NCBI GenBank assembly: GCA_963786935.1
Contig: CAWBAN010000001.1
Coordinates: forward strand, 192,001 to 256,000
Reading direction: 5' to 3'
DNA length: 64,000 nucleotides
DNA from: an uncultured bacterium
GTDB lineage: Bacteria > Krumholzibacteriota > Krumholzibacteriia > Krumholzibacteriales > Krumholzibacteriaceae
Shown: positions 20,557-31,093 of the stretch, one piece after another
Position numbering within the stretch: position 1 is the stretch's first letter
Layout: every line of letters begins with the position of its first letter
Position numbers and translations under genes: made by a program
The notes under the pieces: model-generated
The model's input: the letters and a program-made list of their open reading frames with translations, nothing else
Databases searched by the model: none
Told to the model about the DNA's origin: nothing

Positions 20557-22017
20557 ATGGTGACCGAATATTCGACCATTCGCCAGATCGCGGGCCCCCT
20601 CATCCTTCTCGACCGGGTCGATCACGCGACCTACGAGGAGCTCGTCGAGGTCGAGCTGCCCGACGGGGAGCTCCGCCGCGGGAAGGTGCTCGAGATCAAC
20701 CGCGACAAGGTGCTCGTGCAGGTGTTCGAGGGGACGAGGGGCATCGACACGGCGAAAACGAGCGTGCGGTTCCTCGGGCGGGGGCTCGAGCTCGCCGTAT
20801 CGCCGGACATCCTCGGCCGGATCTTCAACGGGCTCGGGACTCCGATCGACCAGGGCCCGTCGATCATCCCCGAGCGGAAGCTCGATATCAACGGCAGCCC
20901 GATCAATCCGTACGCGCGCGTGTACCCGAAGGAGTTCATCCAGACGGGAATCTCCGCGATCGACGGGCTCAACACGCTCGTGCGCGGGCAGAAGCTCCCG
21001 ATCTTCTCGGGATTCGGGCTCCCGCACTCGGAGCTCGCCGCGCAGATCGCCCGGCAGGCGACCGTGCTCGGCAAGGGGGAGACGTTCGCCATCGTCTTCG
21101 CGGCGATGGGCATCACCTTCGAGGAGGCGGACTACTTCATCCGCGACTTCCAGAAGACGGGGGCGATGGAGCGCGTCGTGCTCTTCATCAACCTCGCGAA
21201 CGATCCGACGATCGAGCGCATCGCCACGCCCCGGACGGCGTTGACCGCCGCCGAGTATCTCGCCTTCGAGCGCGGCATGCACGTGCTCGTGATCATGACC
21301 GACATGACGAACTACTGCGAGGCGCTCCGCGAAGTGTCGGTGGCCCGCAAGGAGATCCCCGGACGCCGCGGCTACCCGGGCTACCTGTACACCGATCTCG
21401 CCACCATCTACGAGCGCGCGGGGCTGCTCAAGGGTGAGAAGAAAGGGGAGCTCAGGCAGGGATCGATCACGCAGATCCCGGTGCTGTCGATGCCGGACGA
21501 CGACAAGACCCATCCGATCCCCGATCTGACCGGCTACATCACCGAGGGACAGATCATCCTCGACCGGTCCCTCCACCGGAAGGGGATCTATCCGCCGATC
21601 AACGTGCTCCCGAGCCTCTCCCGACTGCGCGACAAGGGGATCGGCGCGGGGAGAACGCGCGAGGATCACGCCCAGATCGCGAACCAGCTTTTCTCTTCGT
21701 ACGCCCGGAGCAAGGAGGTCGAGGAGCTCGCCGTCGTTCTCGGGGAGGCGGCCCTCACCGAATCGGACAAGGCGTTCATGGCGTTCGGCGAGGCGTTCGA
21801 GCGGCGGTTCGTCCGGCAGGATATTCACGAGAATCGCACGGTCGAGCAGACGCTCGAAATGGGATGGGAGCTTCTCACCGCCATCCCGCGCACCGAGCTC
21901 AAGCGCATCAAGGACGATTTCATCAAGAAGTATATGGAGAAATACCTGACGTCGGAAGACGGGGAGAAGGGGAAGAAGCGGGAGGCCGCGGCGAGGCCGG
22001 GGCGCGTCGGCGACTGA
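20557..22017 (+). CDS. ntpB: A/V-type ATPase subunit B
   Basis: [34 protein letters not shown] and [15 protein letters not shown] motifs. ATG 20557 follows GAGGAG. Confidence 0.97.
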   Translation: MVTEYSTIRQIAGPLILLDRVDHATYEELVEVELPDGELRRGKVLEINRDKVLVQVFEGTRGIDTAKTSVRFLGRGLELAVSPDILGRIFNGLGTPIDQGPSIIPERKLDINGSPINPYARVYPKEFIQTGISAIDGLNTLVRGQKLPIFSGFGLPHSELAAQIARQATVLGKGETFAIVFAAMGITFEEADYFIRDFQKTGAMERVVLFINLANDPTIERIATPRTALTAAEYLAFERGMHVLVIMTDMTNYCEALREVSVARKEIPGRRGYPGYLYTDLATIYERAGLLKGEKKGELRQGSITQIPVLSMPDDDKTHPIPDLTGYITEGQIILDRSLHRKGIYPPINVLPSLSRLRDKGIGAGRTREDHAQIANQLFSSYARSKEVEELAVVLGEAALTESDKAFMAFGEAFERRFVRQDIHENRTVEQTLEMGWELLTAIPRTELKRIKDDFIKKYMEKYLTSEDGEKGKKREAAARPGRVGD

Positions 22018-22035
22018 TCCTGCGGAGCGTGTGAC

Positions 22036-22668
22036 GTGAGAGTCAAGGTCAATCCGAACAGAATGATGCTCATACGCCTGCGGCGCCGCCTCGAGCTCGC
22101 GCGCCGGGGGCACAAGCTCCTCAAGAACAAGCAGGAGAAGCTCATGCAGAACTTCTTCTCGCTCGTCAGAGAGACGACCGAGCTCCGCGCCGGGGTCGAG
22201 ACGGGGTTTCTGGAGATCGGCGCGCGGTACCTCGAGGGAGGGGCCGCGACCGGGCGGCAGGCGCTCGAGGACGCGCTCGGGCTCACGACGAAGGGGGGCG
22301 CGCTCGCCTACGCCGAGCGCCACGACATGAACATCGTCAGTCCCGAATTCACGTTCGCGACCCCGGAGCGGGACCTGTCGTACCGGCTTTCGGATACGTC
22401 GCCCGAGCTCGACGCCGCGTTCGAGATGCTGCTCGCCTCGTTTCCGAAGCTCTTACACCTTGTCGGAAAAGAAAATACGCTCTTTCGCATGGCGGAGGAG
22501 CTCGAGAAGACCCGCCGCCGCGTCAATGCGCTTGAATACGTGCTCATCCCCGATCTCGAGGCGGTCATCAGGGATATCGACGACAAGCTGGGGGAGCAGG
22601 AGCGCTCGAATCAGATCCGCCTGATGAAGATCAAGGACATGGTGAAGGAGCGCGGCGAGGGGGCCTGA
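22036..22668 (+). CDS. ntpD: A/V-type ATPase subunit D
   Basis: VNPNRM.L, ARRGHKLLK and EKTRRRVNALEYVLIP motifs. Confidence 0.95.
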   Translation: MRVKVNPNRMMLIRLRRRLELARRGHKLLKNKQEKLMQNFFSLVRETTELRAGVETGFLEIGARYLEGGAATGRQALEDALGLTTKGGALAYAERHDMNIVSPEFTFATPERDLSYRLSDTSPELDAAFEMLLASFPKLLHLVGKENTLFRMAEELEKTRRRVNALEYVLIPDLEAVIRDIDDKLGEQERSNQIRLMKIKDMVKERGEGA

Positions 22669-22731
22669 CGGGTCCCTCGACGCCCCCCGTCCCTCCGTGC
22701 GCCGAGCCCCAATAACTCCAAGTCAAATTTG

Positions 22732-22760
22732 TTGACATGCCCGCTGACGCTTTATATATT
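22732..22760 (+). promoter_or_regulatory. Sigma70-type promoter of the TBDR operon
   Basis: TTGACA (22732-22737), 17-nt spacer, TATATT (22755-22760). Confidence 0.7.
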
Positions 22761-22890
22761 TTCAATGGAAATTAGCCTGACGCTCTGAAAAATAGAGACC
22801 CACACCTTACGTCTTCTCCCGTCCCGCTCTCTCGGCATCGACGGGGAAGAACGGCCTGGGGATTAGTACTACTTGGCAAGGAGTGGAACG

Positions 22891-25800
22891 ATGAAAGGTC
22901 GTTACGGATCGCCGGCTCCGATCTGGATGGCGGCAATTGCCCTTGTACTCCTCGTTCTGACGTCCGCGGGCGTATTCGCGCAGACCGGACGAATCACCGG
23001 CAAGGTGACGGATACGAAATCGGGAGAGCCGCTCGCCTTCGCGAACGTGGTTATCCTCGGGACGAGTCCGCTGCTCGGCGCCATGACGCTCAACGATGGA
23101 TCCTACACGATCGTGGGCGTTCCCGTCGGCACCTATACGTTGAAGGCGATGATGATGGGCTATACGGCGATCGAGAAGCCGGGTGTCGCCGTGAACGCCG
23201 CGCAGACGACCGACGTCAGCTTCAAGCTCGAGGAAGCGGTCGTGGGCCGCACGCAGGAAATCGTCGTCGAAGCGGAAATTCAGCAGGTGAACGTGACCTC
23301 GAGCGACGTGCGCCAGCGCGTATCGAGCGAGCAGCTCAAGGAGCTCCCCGTGGACGACGTCGTCTCGGCCGTGGCGCTCAAGAGCGGTATCGTGAAAACG
23401 GGAGACGAGCTCCACGTGCGCGGCGGGCGGTCGCAAGAGGTGCAGATGCAGATCGACGGCGTGCCGGTCGACGACCCGCTCGGCGGCTCGATATCGGTCG
23501 GGCTTCTCGGCACCGACAACAGCGAGGTCATCACGGGAGGCATGGACGCCGAGTACGGCAACGCGCAGTCGGCGATCATCAACGTGAGCACGCGCGAGGG
23601 AGGCAAGAGCTACGAGGGGCAGATCCGGTACATGACCGACGATTTCGGCCGCTCGGACAAGACATACACGAACTACGACCGGCTCAGCCTCGGATTCGGC
23701 GGCCCGACCCCCCTCAAGAACCTCACGTTCTACACGTCGGGCGAAGCGACCTTCCAGGACGGCGACAACTGGTCGATCGCCCCCCGCGAAGAGAAGGAGT
23801 TCCTCGGGGGTATGATCAAGTTCACCGAGCGGCAGTTCTCCTCCTATAACGTGCAGGGCAAGCTCGCCTATCAGGTCAATCCGAGGCTCAAGCTCATCGG
23901 CGAGGCGATCTACTCGCACTCCGTCGGCAATCCCTACGCGCACAACTGGAACATCGAGGGATACGTCCAGAAGATCTACCGGTTCATGGCGCTCCGGGCG
24001 AGCCGCGACCTCTCGTTCCCGGAGGCCCGTTCGTTCGGCTCGTACGTGAGCGTATATCAGGGGGACTGGCTGAACAATGCGCCTCCCCGCGTCGAGTATT
24101 ATCCGGGCTCGATCGAGGAGCGGCGCCGGACCATCTATCCGATCGTCGTCGGCGCCAAGGTGCGCGATCCGAACGACGCGACGAAGCCGGCCTTCCTCGT
24201 CCGGTACGACCATTTCTACGCGCGCATGCTGACCGACGTGTACGGGCGCGAGTCGGAAGTGATCTGGGACGAGGCGATCCTCGACGCGCAGGGCAATCTG
24301 GTGCGCCACGAGAGCAAGCTGCTCTTCGAAGGGTTCCAGAATCCCGAAAGCAAGTTCAGCCATTTCCGGGACGATTCGAGCTACGTGTATTTCAACTCCG
24401 CCGCGAACGTCACGACGGGCACCTCCGACGACCTCAACCTCAAGGTTTCCATCAACCACAACATCTCGGACGACGTCCTCTATGTGATCAACCTCACACG
24501 GCTCCAGTTCAACAGCCTGAACACGGTCGACGGGCAGGATCCCGCGGAGTTCAACACTGCGGGCCTGCCGGGAACGCTGCCGAGCGGATCGTGGCGGTAC
24601 AGCGGCATCAGCAGCGAGGATTTCTACACCGATCCGGACAATCCGTATTACGTGACGGCGTACGACTGGCCGGCGTACACGGACCGCACGACCATCGCCT
24701 ACAACCTGAAGGCGGACATCACGTCGAAGAAATGGCAGAACCACCAGTTCAAGACGGGCGTCCAGTTCATCTATAACGACCTCGACGAAAACCAGATCAA
24801 CTTCCCGGGCCGCGTGCGCCGGAACGCCGACGGGAGCCTTTCGCAGGGAGGACGGGCGAACACCTTCCATAACTTCAACCCCGAGGCCTCGTACTACGTC
24901 CAGGACAAGTGGGCGTATCAGGGTATGATCGTCAACGGCGGCGTCCGGATCGATTTCTTCTCGCCGGGCAACAACAACGAGATTCTGATCAACTCGAGCG
25001 AGATCGACCAGAACGTCGACAAGTACAAGTTCCAGATCAGCCCGCGGCTCGGCTTCGCGTTTCCGATCACGGACCGCGACAAGTTCCACTTCCACTACGG
25101 GCGATTCACGCAGTGGCCGAGCAGGAACTACCTGTTCAGGACCCAGGACCTGCTCTTCGGATCGGGCGTTCTCGGCAACCCCGACCTCGACGAGGAGCTC
25201 ACCGTTTCGTATCAGGCCGGCGTGTCGCACCAGTTCACCGAGTCGCTCGCGGGGCACTTCGTCGTGTTCAACAAGGATATCTTCGGCCTGATCTCCTCGA
25301 CGCGCGTGCTCGACGAGGAGCTCGGCATTCAGGGATACCGCTACATCAACAGAACGTACGCGAGCTCGCGCGGTCTCGAGATCAGCTTCGAGAAGATGCG
25401 GACCCGCTACGTCGGCGGCGAGATTTCGTACACGCTGTCGTACGCGGACGGCGTGGCATCGGACGCGGAGTTCGGCGTCTCGGCGGAAGGGCTCACCCAC
25501 CTGCCGACGCAGGAGATGCCGCTCGACTGGGATCAGCGCCATACGCTGAACATCACCCTGAGCCTCCAGGACCAGAACAAGTGGGGCGCGACGGTCGTGT
25601 ACTCGTACGGGAGCGGGCTCCCGTGGACGCCCGTCGACCGGTTCGCCCGCCGCCAGGATCCCCTCTGGGAAAACTCGATGCGGCTCCCCGCGACGCACGT
25701 CATCAACATTCAGGGCCGAAAGATGTTCAGCATCTACGGGCAGGAGCTCATGCTCTTCTTCGAGGGGCGCAACCTCCTCGACGAGGATATCCTGGGTCCG

Positions 25801-26004
25801 AACGGCGTCGCGCCCGGCGCGTTTCCCGGCATGCAGAACGCGGCGATGGACGGCGGCTCGTACCTCACCGAGACCGGCCAGTACGGCGGCGCGTACCTGC
25901 AGGATATCAACGAAGACGGCGTCGATGATTTCAATCCGGTCCACGATCCGACGATCTGGGACTCGCGGAAAACGTGGCGCATCGGATTCGGATTCGAGTT
26001 CTAG
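22891..26004 (+). CDS. TonB-dependent receptor with N-terminal carboxypeptidase-regulatory-like domain
   Basis: Signal peptide (..GVFA/QTG), GRITGKVTD..GEPLAFANV domain, plug motifs HVRGGR/IDGVPV/TGGMDAEYGNAQS, barrel motifs ISPRLG and GNPDL, C-terminal Phe (FGFEF). ATG 22891 follows AAGGAG. Confidence 0.93.
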   Translation: MKGRYGSPAPIWMAAIALVLLVLTSAGVFAQTGRITGKVTDTKSGEPLAFANVVILGTSPLLGAMTLNDGSYTIVGVPVGTYTLKAMMMGYTAIEKPGVAVNAAQTTDVSFKLEEAVVGRTQEIVVEAEIQQVNVTSSDVRQRVSSEQLKELPVDDVVSAVALKSGIVKTGDELHVRGGRSQEVQMQIDGVPVDDPLGGSISVGLLGTDNSEVITGGMDAEYGNAQSAIINVSTREGGKSYEGQIRYMTDDFGRSDKTYTNYDRLSLGFGGPTPLKNLTFYTSGEATFQDGDNWSIAPREEKEFLGGMIKFTERQFSSYNVQGKLAYQVNPRLKLIGEAIYSHSVGNPYAHNWNIEGYVQKIYRFMALRASRDLSFPEARSFGSYVSVYQGDWLNNAPPRVEYYPGSIEERRRTIYPIVVGAKVRDPNDATKPAFLVRYDHFYARMLTDVYGRESEVIWDEAILDAQGNLVRHESKLLFEGFQNPESKFSHFRDDSSYVYFNSAANVTTGTSDDLNLKVSINHNISDDVLYVINLTRLQFNSLNTVDGQDPAEFNTAGLPGTLPSGSWRYSGISSEDFYTDPDNPYYVTAYDWPAYTDRTTIAYNLKADITSKKWQNHQFKTGVQFIYNDLDENQINFPGRVRRNADGSLSQGGRANTFHNFNPEASYYVQDKWAYQGMIVNGGVRIDFFSPGNNNEILINSSEIDQNVDKYKFQISPRLGFAFPITDRDKFHFHYGRFTQWPSRNYLFRTQDLLFGSGVLGNPDLDEELTVSYQAGVSHQFTESLAGHFVVFNKDIFGLISSTRVLDEELGIQGYRYINRTYASSRGLEISFEKMRTRYVGGEISYTLSYADGVASDAEFGVSAEGLTHLPTQEMPLDWDQRHTLNITLSLQDQNKWGATVVYSYGSGLPWTPVDRFARRQDPLWENSMRLPATHVINIQGRKMFSIYGQELMLFFEGRNLLDEDILGPNGVAPGAFPGMQNAAMDGGSYLTETGQYGGAYLQDINEDGVDDFNPVHDPTIWDSRKTWRIGFGFEF

Positions 26005-26036
26005 AGCGCTTCCGGATGACGGAGGAGGAGTTTCGC

Positions 26037-28523
26037 ATGAATCGCAAGAAGGAATGGGTTGGAAGAGCGGCGGCGCTTCTCGCGATACTCGTGATCGGCG
26101 CCCCGGCGTTTGCGAGGAATGACGACGCGGCGTGGGTCGCCAAGATGAAGGACATGCCCCGGCAGACCTGGGCGCTCAGCGGGGCGTGGGTCCACAACGT
26201 GGGCAACCTCCAGATGAACGTGACGAACTGGGGGTGCTTCGGATCGTATCCCGGCTCGACGCTGGCGATGTCCGAGTCGCCGTCCGCGCAGTGGCCGGCG
26301 AACTCCGCCGTCGAGTATCTCTACATCGCGGGTCTCTGGATCGGCGCCAAGAAGGGCGGCGTTCCGGTCGTGACCACGGCGGCGTACGAGCAGGAGTTCA
26401 TGCCCGATCCGCTCGATCCCGTTGCGACGATCTATCGCTCGTTCGAGGGCGCGCTCGGCGGCACGCGCTACCCGAGCCCTCCCGACGACGACAAGGACGG
26501 TATGTTCGACGAGGATTGGCTGAACGGCATGGACGACGACGGGGACGGGCAGATCGACGAGGATTACGCCGCGGTCGGCAAGCAGATGTACTCGTGCTGG
26601 TTCACGGACGATCATCCGACCTCCGTGCAGCGCTACCCCGAGCATACGCCGCTTCACCTGATGGTGCGCCAGGAGAGCTACCAGTGGGAGGAGCCGAAAT
26701 TCTACAACTTCGTCGGCGCCGAATACAAAATCAGGAACACGGGCGTCGAGAGCATCGAGGACCTCTACATCGGATTCTTCGCCGACGGCGACGCGGGCCC
26801 GCGGACGCGCGAGCAGTACTGGCTCGACGACGGGACGGGGCTCTACGAGGACATCGTGTGCGCGCAGAAGGGGGATCGGGTGGTGCCGATCCGCGTCAGC
26901 GTCGCGTACTTCTACGACATCGACGGGGACGAGGGTCAGACCATGGGATACATGGGGATTCTCTTCCTCGGCCACGATACGGATCCTCTCGGCGAATCGG
27001 CGCCGAAGAAGGTCGGTATCACCTCCTACCAGAACTTCTCGGGCGATCAGCCGTACGAAAACGGCGGCGATCCCGACAACGATTTCCAGCGCTACGAGCT
27101 CCTCACCAAGACCACGCGGGACCGCAACCAGGAAGTGCCGAGGGATTATCGAATGCTCATGGCGACGGGGCCGTTCAAGGAGCTCCCGCCCGAGACGACG
27201 CTCGTGCTGCAGGTCGCGTTCGTGTGCGGTCAGGGAATCGAAGGCATGAAGGACAACGCGGCGAGCGCGGCCCTCACCTATCAGGGCAACTGGTTCGACA
27301 TCGACGGCAACCCGCTGACCGGCGTGGAAGGCAAGGAAACTCCCGTGCCCGGTCCCGTGAACGGGCTCATCGCCGATTCCTGCGTCGCCGATCTGACCCC
27401 CGTCTCGGCGGCGAGAGGGGAGATCGTCTGGGTCAACGCCGACTGCCACGAGGAGGAAGCCCTCTGGGCGAACGGCGATTGCAACAAGGGGGACGCCACG
27501 TTCGCCGATTACCAGACGGGCGTCGGCGGGAAGGAGCATCAGGTGAACTGGCTCGTCGGCTCGGCGCCGCCGCCGCCGGTCATGCGCCTCATCCCGGGGG
27601 ACCACAAGGTCACGCTCCTGTGGGACAACTTCAGCGAGGTGAGCCCCGACGTGAGCACCCTCGAGTACGATTTCGAGGGCTACCGGATCTGGCGCGCGGA
27701 CGGATGGGACCGGCCGCTCGGGACGAGCGTTCTCACCGGCCCGAACCGCGAGCTCTGGCAGCTCCTCGAGGAGCGCGACCTCGTGAACGGCGTGCCGCCG
27801 GACATCAACTTCAAGGCGCCCTTCTCCGAGGGGGGATGGGAGTACGAACCGCTCATCAACCTCCCGGGCAAGGATGCCTACATCGCATATTTCAAACAGA
27901 ACGTGTACAACTACCCGATGGATGAAGTGCCCTGCCCGCCCGGGCTGGCGCCGCTCGAGTGCGACACGCTCGAAGCCCTCGCCCGGTACGACCTCGGATT
28001 CCAGGGCGGACTGAAATACTACAAATTCGTCGACGAGAGCGTCCACAACGGGATGCACTACTTCTACGCCGTCACCGCGTACGATCACGTGCTTTCGGCG
28101 GGCGTGCCGACGAAGGTCGGCTACTTCGGCGATCCGTCGTCGAACTTCCAGTACGTCTCGCCGCTCTCCGACGCGCAGGCGTCCGACACGTACGAGGAGA
28201 AGGAAGTCTTCGTGGTTCCGAATCCGGCGACGGCGGCCGCGATGGAGCCGTGGCAGCTCGAGCCGAACCAGGACGATCCGACCGGCATCAAGGTGGAATT
28301 CAGGAACCTCCCGAGATGCAACTCGACCGTGCGCATCTACACGATCGCGGGAGATCTCGTCGAGGTGCTCTATCATGACGGAACGAGCGGAAACGGGACG
28401 CTGCCGTGGGATCTCGTCTCGCGGAACGGGCAGGACGTGACGAGCGGGGTGTACCTGTTCTCCGTGGAGCCCGAAGACGGCAAGTTCTCGAGGACGATCG
28501 GGAAATTCGTCGTGATTCGATAA
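26037..28523 (+). CDS. Secreted uncharacterised protein with Asp-rich Ca-binding-like motifs, an FN3-like region and a T9SS type-A-like C-terminal domain
   Basis: Signal peptide (..APAFA/RND); DDDKDGMFDED and DDDGDGQIDED; APPPP..VTLLWD..FEGYRIWR..YFYAVTAYD; C-terminus VVPNP..FRNLP..VRIYTIAGDLV..WDLVSRNGQDVTSGVY..GKFVVIR. ATG follows GGAGGAGGAG. Confidence 0.78.
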   Translation: MNRKKEWVGRAAALLAILVIGAPAFARNDDAAWVAKMKDMPRQTWALSGAWVHNVGNLQMNVTNWGCFGSYPGSTLAMSESPSAQWPANSAVEYLYIAGLWIGAKKGGVPVVTTAAYEQEFMPDPLDPVATIYRSFEGALGGTRYPSPPDDDKDGMFDEDWLNGMDDDGDGQIDEDYAAVGKQMYSCWFTDDHPTSVQRYPEHTPLHLMVRQESYQWEEPKFYNFVGAEYKIRNTGVESIEDLYIGFFADGDAGPRTREQYWLDDGTGLYEDIVCAQKGDRVVPIRVSVAYFYDIDGDEGQTMGYMGILFLGHDTDPLGESAPKKVGITSYQNFSGDQPYENGGDPDNDFQRYELLTKTTRDRNQEVPRDYRMLMATGPFKELPPETTLVLQVAFVCGQGIEGMKDNAASAALTYQGNWFDIDGNPLTGVEGKETPVPGPVNGLIADSCVADLTPVSAARGEIVWVNADCHEEEALWANGDCNKGDATFADYQTGVGGKEHQVNWLVGSAPPPPVMRLIPGDHKVTLLWDNFSEVSPDVSTLEYDFEGYRIWRADGWDRPLGTSVLTGPNRELWQLLEERDLVNGVPPDINFKAPFSEGGWEYEPLINLPGKDAYIAYFKQNVYNYPMDEVPCPPGLAPLECDTLEALARYDLGFQGGLKYYKFVDESVHNGMHYFYAVTAYDHVLSAGVPTKVGYFGDPSSNFQYVSPLSDAQASDTYEEKEVFVVPNPATAAAMEPWQLEPNQDDPTGIKVEFRNLPRCNSTVRIYTIAGDLVEVLYHDGTSGNGTLPWDLVSRNGQDVTSGVYLFSVEPEDGKFSRTIGKFVVIR

Positions 28524-28554
28524 TGATGATGAACGTTCTCTTTGAGGAGGTTGC

Positions 28555-29499
28555 GTGATGAAGCGTAGGATTGGCATGGGGATTCTGCTGATTGCGCTGG
28601 TCCCCGCTCTGGCGTCGGCGAATACGAAACCGTTCGAGAAGGTCGGTACGTATTCGGCGCAGTTCCTGAAGATCGGCGTGTCGGCGAGAGCGGCGGGGAT
28701 GGGAAGCGCCTTCACGGCCGTCGCCAACGACGCGACAGCCATGTACTGGAATCCCGCGGGGATGGTCGAGCAGACGCGCACGCAGGTGACGCTGAACACG
28801 GTCGTCTGGCCGGCCGACATCGACGTCTATTTCGCGGGCGCCATATTCAGCACGCCGTATCTCCCCGGATCGTTCGGCGTGAGCGCGCGGGCGCTCACGA
28901 TGGACCCGCAGGAAGAGAGAACGATCTACATGCCCCAGGGAACGGAGCGGTACTTCGACGCCGGCGACATGTCGTTCGGCCTGTCGTACGCGACGTATTT
29001 CACCGACCGGTTCTCGGCGGGCATCACGACCAACTTCATCCATATGGGTCTCGCCGACAAGAGCGTCGAGTCGCTCGCGATCGATTTCGGCCTCATCTAC
29101 CGCATCGGTATCCGCGGCATGCGCCTCGGCATGATGCTTCAGAGCCTCGGCGGGGAAGTCGATTTCGACAACCGCGCGTCCAAGCTTCCGACCCTCTTCA
29201 AGGTCGGGCTCTCGGTCGACGCGCTGCGCACCGGCGCCCATACCCTGCTCGCGACGGGGGAGTTCTCGCACCCGGTCGACAACAAGGAGCGCATGAACGT
29301 CGGCATGGAGTACACGTTCAACCAGTTCTTCATGATCCGGTCGGGATACAACATCGGCTACGACACGCAGAAGCTCGCGTGGGGCGTCGGATTCAGGATC
29401 GATACGAGCCAGACGTCCGATATCGGCCTTGATTATTCCTGGGAGGATCTCGATTATCTCGGCACGAGCCACCGGTTCAGCATGAATTTCAGCTACTGA
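28555..29499 (+). CDS. PorV/PorQ-family (FadL-like) outer-membrane beta-barrel protein
   Basis: Signal peptide; FLKIGVSARAAGMGSAFTAVANDATAMYWNPAGM motif; C-terminal DYS...LGTSHRFSMNFSY. Start is GTG 28555 or ATG 28558. Confidence 0.85.
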   Translation: MMKRRIGMGILLIALVPALASANTKPFEKVGTYSAQFLKIGVSARAAGMGSAFTAVANDATAMYWNPAGMVEQTRTQVTLNTVVWPADIDVYFAGAIFSTPYLPGSFGVSARALTMDPQEERTIYMPQGTERYFDAGDMSFGLSYATYFTDRFSAGITTNFIHMGLADKSVESLAIDFGLIYRIGIRGMRLGMMLQSLGGEVDFDNRASKLPTLFKVGLSVDALRTGAHTLLATGEFSHPVDNKERMNVGMEYTFNQFFMIRSGYNIGYDTQKLAWGVGFRIDTSQTSDIGLDYSWEDLDYLGTSHRFSMNFSY

Positions 29500-29512
29500 G
29501 GGATCGCATTCC

Positions 29513-31036
29513 GTGTCTCTCGAGCTCCGCATACGTTTGCGTGCGCGTGCTCTCGTCGCCATCCTGCCGGTATTGCTCGTGCTCGCGCCGGCAGGCGCCG
29601 TCCGGTGCGATCCCGTCCGCGGGGAGGGCAGCTTCGAGTTTTTCGTCGACATCGCCTCCCTGCCGTCCGGCGGGCCCGGCACGATCCAACTCATCCAGAT
29701 TTCCGTTCCCACGAAAGAGCTCCAGTACGTCGAGAAGTCCGGCTCCTTCACCGCCGAAGTGCGATTCTCGATCAAGCTGACGTCGGGCGACGAGGTCGTC
29801 CACGAAAAGTTGTTCCAGATGCGCGATTCCCGCGACGAGATGCCCGCGGTGAAGGATCTTTCTTCGTTCATCTGCCATATCGATTCCTGCGCCGTCGGTC
29901 CGGGCGCCTACCGGCTCACCGTCAAGGTCGAGGATCTCCAGCGCAGGAAGCGCACCCTCCTCGGCATCCTGCGGCGGACCTATCATTCGTCCGAGGTGAA
30001 GAACGCGGAGTTCGATGTTCGGCCGTTCCCCGCCGACGGCATCGCACTGGCCGACCCGATCCTCGTGTGGGAGTCCGACGGCAGCGGGCGGTTCATCCCG
30101 AATCCGATGCAGATCTACGGTCTCCGGAAGGATACCTTGAGCGTGTACGTGCAGGCGGCGGTTCCGGCGGCGGTTCGGGACGATTCGCTCGACGTGCGGT
30201 TCCTGATTTCCCGCGACACGGGCGAGCAGATGGAGGAAGCGCGGTTCAGGATCCCCGTGAAGGAGAACCGGAGCTCGTTCCTGCGCATGACGGATCTCGC
30301 GGCCTACCCGTCGGGCTCATACCGGCTGACGGTCGAGACGAGCGCGCCGGGCGGGCTGTTCGCGTCGTCGGGCAAGGATTTCGCCGTCGTCTGGGAGCTC
30401 GTCAACTGGCAGAAGCCGTTGCGCGACATCGCGTTCGAAGCGCGTCTCGTCCTGAACAGCAAGCAGTATGACGAGTTCTCGCGGATGGATCTCGGCGAGC
30501 AGGAAGCCTTCATGCGCGCCTTCTGGAAGAAGCTCGATCCGACGCCGCAAACCGCGGCGAACGAGATCTTCGACAAGTTCGTCGCCCGCGTCAGATACGC
30601 CGACGCCCAGTACGGCACGTACGAGCGGGGGGCGCTCACCGACCGCGGATTCATTCTGATCCGATTCGGCCGGCCCGACGATATCGTCAACCAGCCCCTT
30701 CCGCAGAGCCGGGACGATCTGTACGAGGGGCTCGACAAGATTATCTCGGAATACAAGATCATCTCCGACGGCATCACGACGGAGAAGTCGGTGAAGGACC
30801 TCCGTCCCATCATCATATCCCCCGAGAAGCAGCGCGCGACGAGAGGCGACATCGGCAGCGATACCGGTTCGTTCGAGGTCTGGACCTACGCCTTCAAGGG
30901 GGATCCCCTCCTTCCGGGGGACTCGGGAATGACGGTCGACCAGGGCCTCAGGTTCCTGTTCATCGACAAGGACGGGTACGGTTCGTACCAGCTCGTCGGC
31001 TCCTCGGAGGAGATGACGGGGGACTCCCGGGACTAG
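29513..31036 (+). CDS. GWxTD-domain protein (variant GALTDRG), secreted
   Basis: N-terminal hydrophobic signal; FWKKLDPTPQTAANE..RVRYADAQYG..GALTDRGFILIRFGRPD..EVWTY. Confidence 0.82.
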   Translation: MSLELRIRLRARALVAILPVLLVLAPAGAVRCDPVRGEGSFEFFVDIASLPSGGPGTIQLIQISVPTKELQYVEKSGSFTAEVRFSIKLTSGDEVVHEKLFQMRDSRDEMPAVKDLSSFICHIDSCAVGPGAYRLTVKVEDLQRRKRTLLGILRRTYHSSEVKNAEFDVRPFPADGIALADPILVWESDGSGRFIPNPMQIYGLRKDTLSVYVQAAVPAAVRDDSLDVRFLISRDTGEQMEEARFRIPVKENRSSFLRMTDLAAYPSGSYRLTVETSAPGGLFASSGKDFAVVWELVNWQKPLRDIAFEARLVLNSKQYDEFSRMDLGEQEAFMRAFWKKLDPTPQTAANEIFDKFVARVRYADAQYGTYERGALTDRGFILIRFGRPDDIVNQPLPQSRDDLYEGLDKIISEYKIISDGITTEKSVKDLRPIIISPEKQRATRGDIGSDTGSFEVWTYAFKGDPLLPGDSGMTVDQGLRFLFIDKDGYGSYQLVGSSEEMTGDSRD

Positions 31037-31093
31037 GTTTGTCACCGAGTTTGCGCGTCGTCCCGGAACCGCGCCGGACGCGGAATTTTAGGG

